Assembly: GCA_048013815.1 (NCBI GenBank)
Contig: CM106585.1
Span: 3,348,001 to 3,412,000 of the forward strand
Direction: 5' to 3'
DNA: 64,000 nt
Source of the DNA: Setoptus koraiensis
Lineage: Eukaryota; Animalia; Arthropoda
Every line of letters starts with the position of its first letter. The stretch's first letter is position 1. The notes under the pieces were generated by a model, which made no database searches, was not told the origin of the DNA, and worked only from the letters and a program-made list of their open reading frames with translations. Below, one piece after another: positions 35,533 through 46,800 of the stretch. Position numbers and translations under genes: made by a program.

Positions 35533-38339
35533 CTATTTGCTGGCTGCATCGTTTGCCGGAACGCTGGCCAATTGGGCGCCCGCGTCGGCCCCTGTGGCGA
35601 GCTGGCAACGCGAGCTCATGTTGGCGCTCAATTGTTCTAAATTGCTCAATCGCTGGCTGAGAACATCGTTCGATTGCACCTGATACAATTGTAATTGATT
35701 CATTTTATTCATAATATCGTGGCACAGAAGCTCCACTTTGTCCATGGTGTTGAGCAGCACAATTTGCTGGTCGAGCTGGCCAGCGCGATTGGCCACCATT
35801 GCGTCATCAGTTGAATTCTTTCTGGCCGTCGGTTGTTGTTGTTGTTGCTGCTGCTGCTGATGCGATGTCATTATATCCGCATCGCTACATTGAGCCGTCG
35901 TTGTGGGCGACTTGAGGCCGTAGACGGTGCCCAGAGACGAGCACTCATTAGCTTGTGCATCTGGCTCGTCTTGTTGTTGTTGTTGCTGGCGCTTGTGACG
36001 AGTGTTGAGCGAGTCGTCGGAATACCTGAGGCCATTGTAAATTTGGGCCCACTGAGGCAATTGAGCTGGCTGGCCAATTGGACAGGACGACGATTGAGTT
36101 GCGGCAACTGATGAGGATATTTGAAACACACTTGAGCTGCAAGACGCAAACTTAGACGACCCGCTACCCGGTACGAGGGGCACGGGCGAGGGCACCAGCC
36201 TGGTGTGCCTGTGTGTTGAGCTGATAGCGGTAGACACATGATTGTTCATGTGGTGCCCAGGGGCACTGTGTGGGGCACTGTGCGGGGCGCTGGTGGTGTT
36301 GGCGCCGGTGCTGTTGGTGGCGCAAACGAGGGCATGATTATCGTCGGCAAACGACAACGACTTGCCTAGGGGCGGTCGCCAGCCGCGCGCCCGCGACCAG
36401 CGCGGTGCCGACGCGGGCTGCAGTGCCCTCTTGTGGGTCACCGAAGCGGACAGGTGAGCGGACAGGTTTGGCGAGCCGGCGGCTGTGCACGGCGGCTGTG
36501 CACCGCTGGCGGTTCTGTTGTAGATTTCCTCTCTAATGCTGGCCGGATTTGCGGCTGCCGCGGCCGGATGACACAGCGACGAAATTGAGCTTTGCTGCGG
36601 GCCGCCGGCCTTGCCGATATCACTGGGCGAGCTGGTTGCGGTTTGCAGGTTGCGCGTCGGGTTGCTCGTCGGCGTTGGCGCGCTGTTTGCCGTGTTGCTG
36701 TTTGCGGGAATTTGCGGGCCTGTCGCGGGAATTTGCGGGCCGCAACAGGGCCCTTCATGATTTATTAATTCATTGGATGATCGATGACACTGCTGCTGCT
36801 GCTGCTGCTGCTCAATCAATAGGCCGTCCTTGCGCAATATCTGCTTGCCCCTGTTCACGAGCAGCGTCTTGGCGTCGGGATAATCCTCTAGCACGTCCCA
36901 TAGGTCGCGTTTCGACAGCACAAACAGATCGGAATATCCGACGCTGCGCACGTTGGCCGTGCGTCTGTTGCCCGTCTTGACGCCGCTTATATTTAAAATA
37001 GACAGCTCGCCAAACACCGATCCGTCGGTGAGCTTGCCGTACACGGTGCGACAGTCTTCGGCCAGCACCGACAGCTCGCCCCGTTTTACAATGTACATTT
37101 CCTTGCCCACGTCGCCTATTTTGCATATGTAATCGCCCGGGCTAAACACTTGCAATTTGAGCTTTAGCACTAGCTGCACGAGCAAACCCGGCTCGCAATC
37201 TTGAAACAATTGCACCCGTTTCAACGTTTCCAAATGCACGTGAATGGCCGTCTCGGCCTTGAGCCGGTCGGGCAGAATGGCCGTTACGGCGTCCTCGTCC
37301 AGAGTTTCGCGATTTGCCCACAAATAGTCGAACCATTTTATGATGCGATCCTCCAATTCTTTGTTGACCTTACGAAATTTCATCCATTGCTTAACGCTGT
37401 CCATTTTGTGCTGAAATTCCGCCCGCGCCGCGTTCATATTGGTTATCATGGAGCCGATGTTGCCCACAATGGTGGCAAATATGAGCAAACCGATGAGAAA
37501 ATCAATCACCACAAACAGATATTCTTCGTCGCGTTCGGGCATGGGCACCTCGCCTATTGTGGTCAGTGTGAGCGTCGACCAATAGAAGCAGTAGATGTAC
37601 TGATGCACCAGGCTGTCGCTGGACAAGTCGAGCGGCTGCTGTCCGCCGCTGTGGGCAGCCGGCGATACCCCGTCGTCCGGCGGCTGGTCCGCTAAGGCAC
37701 TGCCGGCCGGGTGAGCTTTGGCCGGCGCCGGAATCGGGCCCCAATCGTGCGACAACGCGGCCGGATCGGGCCAATTGCGAGCCTTGAGCGCGTTGGCGCT
37801 GCGCAACTGCTGCTGCTGTTGCTGCTGTCGGCGCTCGATCATGTGCTGCTGACTGGCCGACAGGTGACCGCCGCCGCCGCCACCCACCGCCGACAGGTGA
37901 CCGCCGCCGCTGCCGCCAGCCAGCGCCGGCAGGGGCGCCACCGGAGTGGCGCTGCCGCCGGACGGAGCCAGCGGCGAGTACACCCAGTGATCGGTGCCGA
38001 AGCCTATTGAGTAGCTGATGGCAAAGTATAAGCACGCGTTCCAATGTATTATTACCAATATATAAAATACTAATTTGCTGATGCGGAACACAAACGGAAA
38101 ATTGGTTTCACTTTCTGTTCTATCAAAAAATTGTGTCAAACGGTGAAATCGCAACAGACGATTCATTCTCACTATGGTGGCGCAGGGAACGTGATTCAAC
38201 TGGCACCTGTCGGCCATCACCAAATACAGCAGATCCGTGGGCATTATGCTTATCAGGTCCAATTTGAATAAAAGGCTGCGCGTGTAATTAATGAGCAACT
38301 TGCGCGTGTTGCGCACCATTATGCCCTGTTCCAGGTAGC
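35533..38339 (-). CDS. Cyclic nucleotide-gated channel alpha subunit (CNGA/TAX-4-like), exon 4 (S2-S3 to stop)
   Basis: [16 protein letters not shown] (S4), IIHWNAC (S5), [16 protein letters not shown] pore, [12 protein letters not shown] (S6), C-linker, CNBD FGELSIL...[27 protein letters not shown], terminal coiled coil. Acceptor CAG| at 38340, phase 1; stop TAG 35533-35535. Confidence 0.95.
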
Positions 38340-38350
38340 CTGGCGACGGC

Positions 38351-38392
<42 letters not shown>

Positions 38393-38567
38393 ACGCGTTG
38401 CGAAGACGTCGATAATCAGTGGATATAATGAGAGTTAATTAAAGTTGACATTTCGTTCGCATATGAAATATAATTCGCATTCATTGCCACTCATGCGTAC
38501 ACTGAGCGGCACAACAACAACAACAACAACAACACGCATTATATAACAGCGAATCAAATCAACTCAC

Positions 38568-38779
38568 CTGTCCTCGAGTGCACAATCATGTCTAACACGT
38601 AAATGATATCACACAAATAGTCGAGCGAGTACCAGACGGTCGGGCACGCGTTGTGCAGCCGCCAGAAGACACTTCGGCCGATTATTATGATTATGTTGTA
38701 GCAAATGGCCACGCTGATCATGATGAGCCAACGGTAGTGGAAGCAGCGGGCCGGATCCACGACAAACGTGCCGTACAGT
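38568..38779 (-). CDS. CNG channel exon 3 (pre-S1, S1, S2)
   Basis: LYGTFVVDPARCFHYRWLIMISVAICYN...WYSLDYLCDIIYVLDMIVHSRTG; donor G|GTGAGT at 38567; acceptor CATCAG| at 38780; phases match both neighbours. Confidence 0.9.
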
Positions 38780-38780
38780 C

Positions 38781-38850
38781 TGATGACCGTGGATGACCGT
38801 GGATGACCGTGGATGACCGTGGATGACCGTGGATGACCGTGGATGACCAG
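38781..38850. repeat. 10-bp minisatellite GGATGACCGT x7 abutting the exon 3 acceptor
   Basis: Direct reading; the last unit supplies the intron-terminal CAG on the minus strand. Confidence 0.92.
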
Positions 38851-39066
38851 TCGATGACGGTTGCGCGACAAGTGACAGTTTTGACAGATGATGCAGTTTC
38901 CACAGATGGCGCACCAGTGTTGCGGCACATGTGACCGGCCGACAAGTGACAAATGACAATTTTAGAAGCGGCTGGTTAGTGAAGGTGTGCGGCACCGGAA
39001 GTGGCGATTGTTATCATTGTGAGTGTGAGTGTCGTGAGTGAGTGTTGAGAGTGAGTGAGTACTTAC

Positions 39067-39347
39067 AGACCAAAGCAAAAATTGTGATACTTTATGTTGT
39101 CTATGTTCTCGTAGTCGTTTGCGGTGAATCTCTTCAGGAATATGTCCGATTCACGATCTAATTGTCTGCTTATTTGCTGCTGGCTAGACGACGACGACGA
39201 CTGAGATTTGATGCGATGGCGCCGAAATTGATGATGCTGCCCTAGGTGCGGATCTACGCGATTCGTCGCCTGCGACTTGCTCGCCTGCTCGGCCTGACTT
39301 GTGGACCGGAAGAGCGAGTGATCTTGGCTCTGGTCGTAGGTGCGCAG
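39067..39347 (-). CDS. CNG channel exon 2 (cytoplasmic N-terminus)
   Basis: Contains DRESDIFLKRF, similar to the D.FL.RF motif of CNGA N-termini; donor CT|GTAAGT at 39066 (phase 2); acceptor GGCAG| at 39348 is the first AG after an AG-free tract (phase 0). Confidence 0.7.
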
Positions 39348-39513
39348 CTGCCATTGATCCATTGTTTGCGGTCCATGTCGGCGGTCGAGATCGGTTGTGA
39401 TCGAATAGTCAATTTTGCGTTGGTCAAATTGTTAATTTTGTGTTGGTCAAGTTGTTAATTTTGTGTGTTAATCAAATTCAAAAACAAACTCATTAGTCAT
39501 TTGCTCGACTTAC

Positions 39514-39930
39514 CCTGGCCATTTGCGTCATTCTGCTGATGGAGAAGGGCAATCGCTTGGCGCCGACGGTGCGCTGAGACGCCACGCTGGCTTGATCGGC
39601 CGCTTGAGCCGCTTGAGCGTCATTGTTTTTGTCATTGTCAGTGTCGAAATTGGCGTGGCTGCTAACGTTCGAGCTGGTGTTGTCAACGGTCAAGTTGTTG
39701 GCTGCACTTGACTTGTTGTTGTTGCTGTTGCTTGGGTCGTTTTGATTTTTTGCGTTCGCTTCACTGTTGTCCGCATCCGCGTCTGTGACAATTTGACTCT
39801 TTGACAATTTTGCTTGAGTTTGCGTTTGAATGCATTTGGGGCCAATTCTTAGCTGACAGCAATTATTTTGGCTATTTTGGCCGCTAGAAGCGCGCTCGGT
39901 TTGCGATTTGATGACGCTCGATTCAATCAT
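39514..39930 (-). CDS. CNG channel exon 1 (predicted first coding exon)
   Basis: ORF from ATG 39930 to AGG|GTAAGT donor at 39513 (phase 0). The four exons total 3717 nt = 1238 aa + stop, in frame. The true start could differ. Confidence 0.6.
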
Positions 39931-40608
39931 CGTGTGTATGCTGCTGGCATTGATTCAATTAATTCAATCTAATCTAGTGGCCGTATCTCACAATTGAGAT
40001 TGTGCGTCAGATTGTGCGCCAGTGAGGCCAGTGTGCGTCAGGTGGCGCAGCTATTTTTGCGTTGGCGTATCACTCAACTCACTCGGCGGGCAATCGCTGT
40101 ATAGACGACGATATTTGAGAGATATTTGCACAACAGTTTGATAGATATTGCTAGTGTATGTTGGTGGTTGCGACTATTAGTTGCGACATATTAGACATAT
40201 TAGTTAGACATGGGGCTGAATAGGGGCGCGGTCGTGCGATTTGGGGCCAGCTCAATGTTGGTTTGTGTTGCTTGCAGTGGCGAATTTGTCGTGGCGATTC
40301 AATGAAATCGATTGGTGCCGATCCGGCGACGATGTTTGCTGTCTGGCGACTGTAATTGTCAATGTTGTTGCCAACAACACCCCCGATGCAGCCAACACAA
40401 AGAGATGGGCCCAAAAAGAGGCGACTGGCGGGCCCCAAACGCAACTCTCTCGCCAATTCTCGCAGTGTGTGTGTGTGCGCGTTGAAAGTGTCTCGCCAGT
40501 AGCAACAACAGTGGCAATAATGAGTAATGGTCACTTTGATCATGCTCAGTTTCGCAGCATCAGCACAACCAGTTAGCAGTGGCAGTGGCTGCCACTGGCG
40601 AGACATTG

Positions 40609-40871
40609 TTACGTCATACAGCAGCGGCGCCCCGTTACGTAATGCAGCAGCGGCGCCCCCTTTACGTCATACGCAGCGCGCAGTCGGCGTGTTGGGGCGC
40701 GCAACGGTTGGCGGTCAACAAGAGATAAGATTGCACACACAAGTTTGCTATTGATGATGGTTTTGCGCAATCGTGCCACTGTGTGTGTAACTGCGTTACG
40801 TAACTGTGTTTATTACGACACACAGTTACTGCCAAGTGTGTTATGTAACATAACACATGTACGTTACATAA
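40609..40871. promoter_or_regulatory. Homotypic cluster of bZIP-type sites 0.7-0.9 kb upstream of the CNG start
   Basis: TTACGTCA 40609 and 40662, TTACGTAA 40635 and 40796, TTGCGCAA 40763, TTATGTAA 40841, TTACATAA 40864. Confidence 0.45.
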
Positions 40872-43800
40872 CACACAGTTGCCATATAGCACGCTGAACA
40901 TGCAGTGTAGCCAGCCAGTGTAGCCAGCCAGTGGCTACTAATAGCCAGTGGCCGTTTATCTAACATTATCTAACATTATCGAGCATTATCGTCTACGTTA
41001 TCAAGCCGGCGTTATCTGTTGGCGAGTTGTCACCAGCGGACCAAGCGGCGCAGTGGTCAGTGTGGTTGTGTGTGTCAAACTGTCATTGGGTTAGTTACAA
41101 GTGGTGGATCATTTTGACAGCACCAAGGACGCGCTGCTACAACAAATTAGCCATTACTATTAGCGATAACTAATGGGCCCTTTTAGCGAAATTCAGCGCG
41201 CATTAGCCACTCGCCAGCCGGCCAGCCCGCCACACAGATACAGCCAGATATATAGAGATTTTATTATAATTGCCTTAGATCACGCCACTGGCTACTCTAA
41301 AAAATTGAGCCGGCGTCGCCCGGCGTCGGTTGAAGGCCGAGCGACACACAAGAGCCAGTCAGACAGTTGCGACACAGTAAGTCACCGGCCAACGGGGGCT
41401 GGCCAACGAAAGCGATAAAGTAATCAAAAATTATTTTACATTTCGCGTACATGCCATTCCAGCGTCAGTGTGATTGATCTCTCAATTCTTTATTAGATTA
41501 AAACACGATTCGCTGTAGCGGCCAGATCGCAGATTGATCCACACTCTAAATCAGTGCAGAGTGAGATCAGTTGATTTTGCAAAGCACGCCGTGTGCTGCC
41601 ATCTCAATCGCGCGCGCGCGCGCGCCTCACTCACAAGATAGATCCATTAACACAGATAAGCTGACTAATTAATGAGTTGTGCTGTTCTGTTGGCCCAATG
41701 AATTGTTGTTTACAGCGCCAGAGCACGAGAGCACATTATTGCGTAATGTGTGCATTTACGTACTATTTGAGTGCACACAGTAGAGTCACAATAAGAGCAA
41801 AGTGAGTGCCGGACAGCGAGCGAGTTAATTGGAGTTGAGCGGTCGCCTGGCGAAAGTTAATTAGCGCGCATATTCGTGCCGACTCTCGTTCTTGATTCCC
41901 GAGTGTCGAGACTCGGCGCTCGGCGCTCGGCGCTCGACGCTCAAGACTCGACAATCGAGAGCCGACGCTCGACAATCGAGAGCCGATTGTGAGGTCGGCC
42001 GATTGTGCGATCGCCAGAGCGAGCGAGTTGATGCACAAATCAAAGATAATTAACAGCAACATGAATATACTTTATCTTGTCTCGTGATATCGTCTGGCAA
42101 TATCGTCCGGCTTTGTGTGTATTATCGCGCCTCCTCACATGGCTCCGTCGGACGTTGCAACTGGCAACGTGCGCTATGAAAACAGACCGACCGACAGAGA
42201 TAATATCGCCATTGAACAAACAACAACAACAACAAATAATAAATTGCGACGACCATAAGACAACGATTTTGGTCCATTCATTATTATCACCATTACGATT
42301 ATTATTATCAAGCCCTTTGGACCTTTGCACAGATAACTGGACTAGGGCAGCGCGAGAGCGGCCAGAGATCATTAGCTCACCAAATGAATATCAACAGTCG
42401 CTCTCATTGTGTGTGTTTGTGTCGGACAGTGCGACGTCGAACGAGATAACAGGTGAACTGGCAACCTAGATTGTAACATCGGCCGTTACAATCTAACGGC
42501 CAGTTTCCAATTGCGACCGAACAAAGGAACGGGCCACACGATGGATTTCATGCGCGCCAACATATTGAGAGTCTCAATGCTATTTAAATTATCATCTCTC
42601 AATGCTGTTTAAAATAACAATCAATCAGGCCATTGTTATGTAACATCATCGGCCGTGCCAGCTCGACGTGAGCGAGTGAGTTATTGAATTAGTTTAAATT
42701 AGTTTTATAATCTCGACACAGACGCTCGTGCGACGTGCCAATGACAGATCCATTGAGAGGTTGGCCAGTTTAGTGTCATTGATTATCACGGCTCATTAGG
42801 CCGGCGTGGAAACGTGTTTGATAACTGTGTCTTCTCTCGTCGGGCCAACCAACAAACTCATTGCATATACTGTAAATAATAATAATAAACTGTATACATA
42901 TTGCCCATACTGCACACAGCCAATGTTATAGCGGCATAATTCATTTATTTTATCGACGAGCAGCCTTTTATCCGGTGAGAGCAACACTTTTTGTTGGCTC
43001 AATATCGCTGTCATTAGTATCGCCATGGGCACACTAACACATTGTTTGTGCTGCCTACTGTCAGGGCCAAATTGTGGCCAAAAATAAAACAAAAACGACA
43101 GTGTTACGCAATGGTTGAGATGGATAAAAACAGAAATCGACAATATTAAAAATATTAAACGTACAAACGTTATAACTCACAAGTTATGACTCAAAACTTA
43201 GAGCAATATGGACGGGATTTATCAAGAGAAAATTATGAATTATTCAAATTACCGAGCGCCAACTAATGGCACCAAACACAGCTAAATGGCTGGCAGTAGT
43301 AATGACAACAACGAGTGCAAACAAACGTCGACTATCAACAGGTGCTCGCAGTTATAATTTGCTTGTGCTCCGATTTCATTTCTTTGCGTTCGCTCATTAG
43401 AATCTGCTGGCTGTTTGCTTGTTGCGCAATATATATAATATCACAGGTGGCGCCGAGCGAGCATTCTTTTTTCGCTGGCCAGTTGGCCAGTTCGACAGTG
43501 TGTGAGAAGTGTGTGAGCTCGTTCGTGAGTTGCGACTTTTTTCTCGCTCAACAACCGCCAACCAAGTTTTGGCTCAATGTTGGCTGATTTTTGAAAATAT
43601 TCTTAGAAATGGCAATTTGCCTATGCGCAGCGTAGCACTCAACACATAATCTCAACACATAATATAATAATAAAATATCTCGTGATCAGTGCTCAATATT
43701 TATTTTTATCCCCTCGACCGGTTGCAGTGTTAACGGCGAGCGATTTGCAAATTTGCCGAGCTCACAACACTGTCAGTGTTGAAATGAATGTCATTCACAT

Positions 43801-46800
43801 ACTCGGCTCGCCTGTCAATGATGGTCGATTGGCTGTACGCGATTCGCGTTTGTAGCAGCTTCGCGACTCGTCGTAGCCTACGAGCGACTCAAGAGGGTCG
43901 CGTTAATTTTTGGTTGCACAAGTGTGAGAGAAAACTGCAACAGCGCCATCGGGCGACCTTGGCAAGCTCAAGGTGAGGCCCGCTCGACAAAACAAGATGA
44001 TTGAACAATCCGATATCGCGCTGCCCATTGAATCTGCTACGGCCCCATTGATCCCATCGGCAGCCATTGCTGCTAGTGGGGCACCCTGGCGGCAATAGTG
44101 TAGGCTAAACTATATATAATTGCATACGTAATACTGGCTACCGTTGGCAATGATCCCATTCACTGAATTATTAGTTGTCCAATGAGATGTGACTCGCACC
44201 ATGTGAGGCACTCAGTGGCACTTCCGGTCGCACCGGGATTACCATGCATTAGTTAGTTGCGTCCATGTGTGCATGTTGCTATTGCACGTTTGTGCAGGTA
44301 TTACACGTTTGTGCAGGTAGTGCCACTGTTGGGCAGCACGAACATGCAAAACAAACATGACGAAACACGATGAAACAAAATCTCTGCTAATTTCTTTGCT
44401 TTGTAATAATCATCATTATGCAAGATTATGATGGTGCCCACCAGCTGATCGAGTGACTTGTGAGTCAACTGACTTGTGAGTCCACTGCTCACCTGAGAGA
44501 TAATTAGAGCAATAGGCGCCCGCATCACAGGTCGCTGCACCTGTCCGGTGCGGCGCTGCAAACTTGCTGCTTGGCTTGCTTATCTGCATGCAATAACTTA
44601 TTCTTATTATGTAACTCATTATAATTATAACTCGACTTGTTACTAATCTCGTCCGCGCGGCTCTTCTCAGGCTGTCAGCAGGGCCTGTCTCTGTGTCGGC
44701 AGCCAGTGGGCGCCTTGTCACAGCGCCACTTTATTAAATCACTGTATCACTGAGCTCACAACAAGCCGGCCCACTGATTGATACGCCCGCCGTGCTCATA
44801 ATGACAATAATGATGCCCCCAAATCAAATCATCTCAGCGAATCATCATCAGCGACAATTTATGCTAATTAGACTGGCATTGCGTTACGGGCTGCGTCGGA
44901 ATCATGTCAATCACGACACGATGACACTGGCAAATGACAAGTGCACCACTAATGACATGCCGGCCATTCCATGAATTGCATTTTATGCATACACGATAGT
45001 TGCAACGAAATCTGGCATATGAATCTCTGCGTCGGACAATTATTCACAATTATGTTTATACGTTGTTGTGTTACCTTTTATTATTTATTATTTTTTGCCG
45101 CATGCGCCTGTCAACAATAGATGGCGCCACGGGGCCGCTTGCATTTTTACATTTGTATACACTTACAGTACATACAATTTACAATTGTATGTTTGCATCA
45201 TTGTTTGTATCACCGTCATGCTGGTGGCAGTGGCCAACAAGGTGATATAATAATATTAATGATGATGCAACCTGACCAGTGAACCAATTGAAATGATACT
45301 GTTCAAATGTTCGAAAAATGAGTGGCATTCCCATGCTGGCTACTCATTCATTTGTGTGTTGCTGGTTGCACCAACAATTCGGGCAACTTGCAAATTGGGA
45401 GCCGCAATTGCGAGCTGTCTGAGTTGGAAGTGAGAAGTTTCTAGTTGCAGCAACTTGTCAGTTGTTTGCCGGTTGCCGCTTGAATGAAAGAGAAGCGAGG
45501 GGCTAATTCGAACATGATTGAGATGGCCCGCATAATGGCCAGAGAAACAACTGAAGAAATTCCGACTGCCGACCTGTACAATCAACAATCAACAATATGC
45601 AATATTCTGCGCGCAACGGCAAGTGAAAGACGCAATAATGAGGCAGCGCAAACAAAATTATCATAATGCGACCAGTTAGCAGTTGTTGTTAGTGCTGGTT
45701 GGTCACCTTTGTGCCTCTGCCACCATGCGATACATAGTTACTTCGGCAACACCAGCAAGTGCCACCACTTTCCGCGAATTCGCTCTCTCCGAATTTGTTT
45801 GTGTTGGGTTGTTTTGCGTTGTTTCGTTGCGAATTGGGCACAATTCGAAACGAAGAACGCGAAAAACTCTGCAGTCCACAGTGCCCACTCTCGGTGCACG
45901 CTCCCAGTGCAGAGGCGGACAACAAGTGGCCACAATCGAGCGAATTATGCTGGCTGCCACTTTGAGGCTGGCAACAGTGAACAGCAAATCGTACCATTTC
46001 ACAATTGCAAGACCATCAGCTGTCCACTGACCGAGCGAGCCGCGCTGCGGGCCCGCGGTCAGTCGCAACTCGGCGGACAGTCGCAACTCGGCGGAGAGTC
46101 GCAACTCCGAAGCGAGCTCCAATTCCGGAGTGAGTTCGGAGCGGACTCGAGGCGACTCGCCAGTTGCCGCAACTAATCGGCATCAGCTGACTGTCGGTGT
46201 TGTTTGTGGGCGACGTGCCGTCATTGGTTTTGGGCTGGGTGTTCGGTTCTCAGTTCGAAGCTCAGTTCTCAGTTCGAGGCTCTGCGAACAGAACGCGACA
46301 GATCGACGGACTGGGCCTCGAACGAGTTGCCGCTCGCTCGCTCCACAACAGTTCGCGACAGGCCGAGCGACAGGCCGAGCGACGGGCCATTAGCGCCCCA
46401 GAATATCGTTTAGAAAACGCTCGCCAGTCGCGAGATGTCATGCACTGATGCCACGTGCACAAATTGTTGGTCCAATGGAGCAACGCGATGTGCGTTACGT
46501 GACGGGCCCATGTCGGTGTCGTAATTGTCGTCGTCATTGTCGTGCCAATGATGCCAATCGTTGCATGATACGCTCGCCGATAATGGCCAACGGTCAGTCA
46601 TTGGCCATTGGCCAACGGTCAGTCATTGGCCATTGGTCAGCCGAGCGCGATTTGCTGTGTGCCCATTGCACACAGCACACAACAAACAGCAAATCGCAAA
46701 TCGCCGACAACAACAATCAAATTGTAACGGATTTCATCGCTGTCACACGACCGTGGGCCAATATCTGCTCGGACATTGCGCCGCCATTACTCTGTTCACC

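Noticed and set aside
38340-38394. MSSSSSSS N-terminus of the 953-aa ORF
   Set aside because: Read-through into intron 3 (TCG repeats); the true exon starts at the CAG acceptor at 38340 and joins RTG in phase.
38781-38850. Short repeat arrays (here and at 49795, 58714) as CRISPR-like arrays
   Set aside because: No unique spacers, units too short, eukaryotic context, no cas genes.
38780-38952. N-terminal part of ORF 38554-38952 (MSLVGRSH...VIHGHPRSST repeats)
   Set aside because: Intronic; splice phases link exon 2 directly to 38779.
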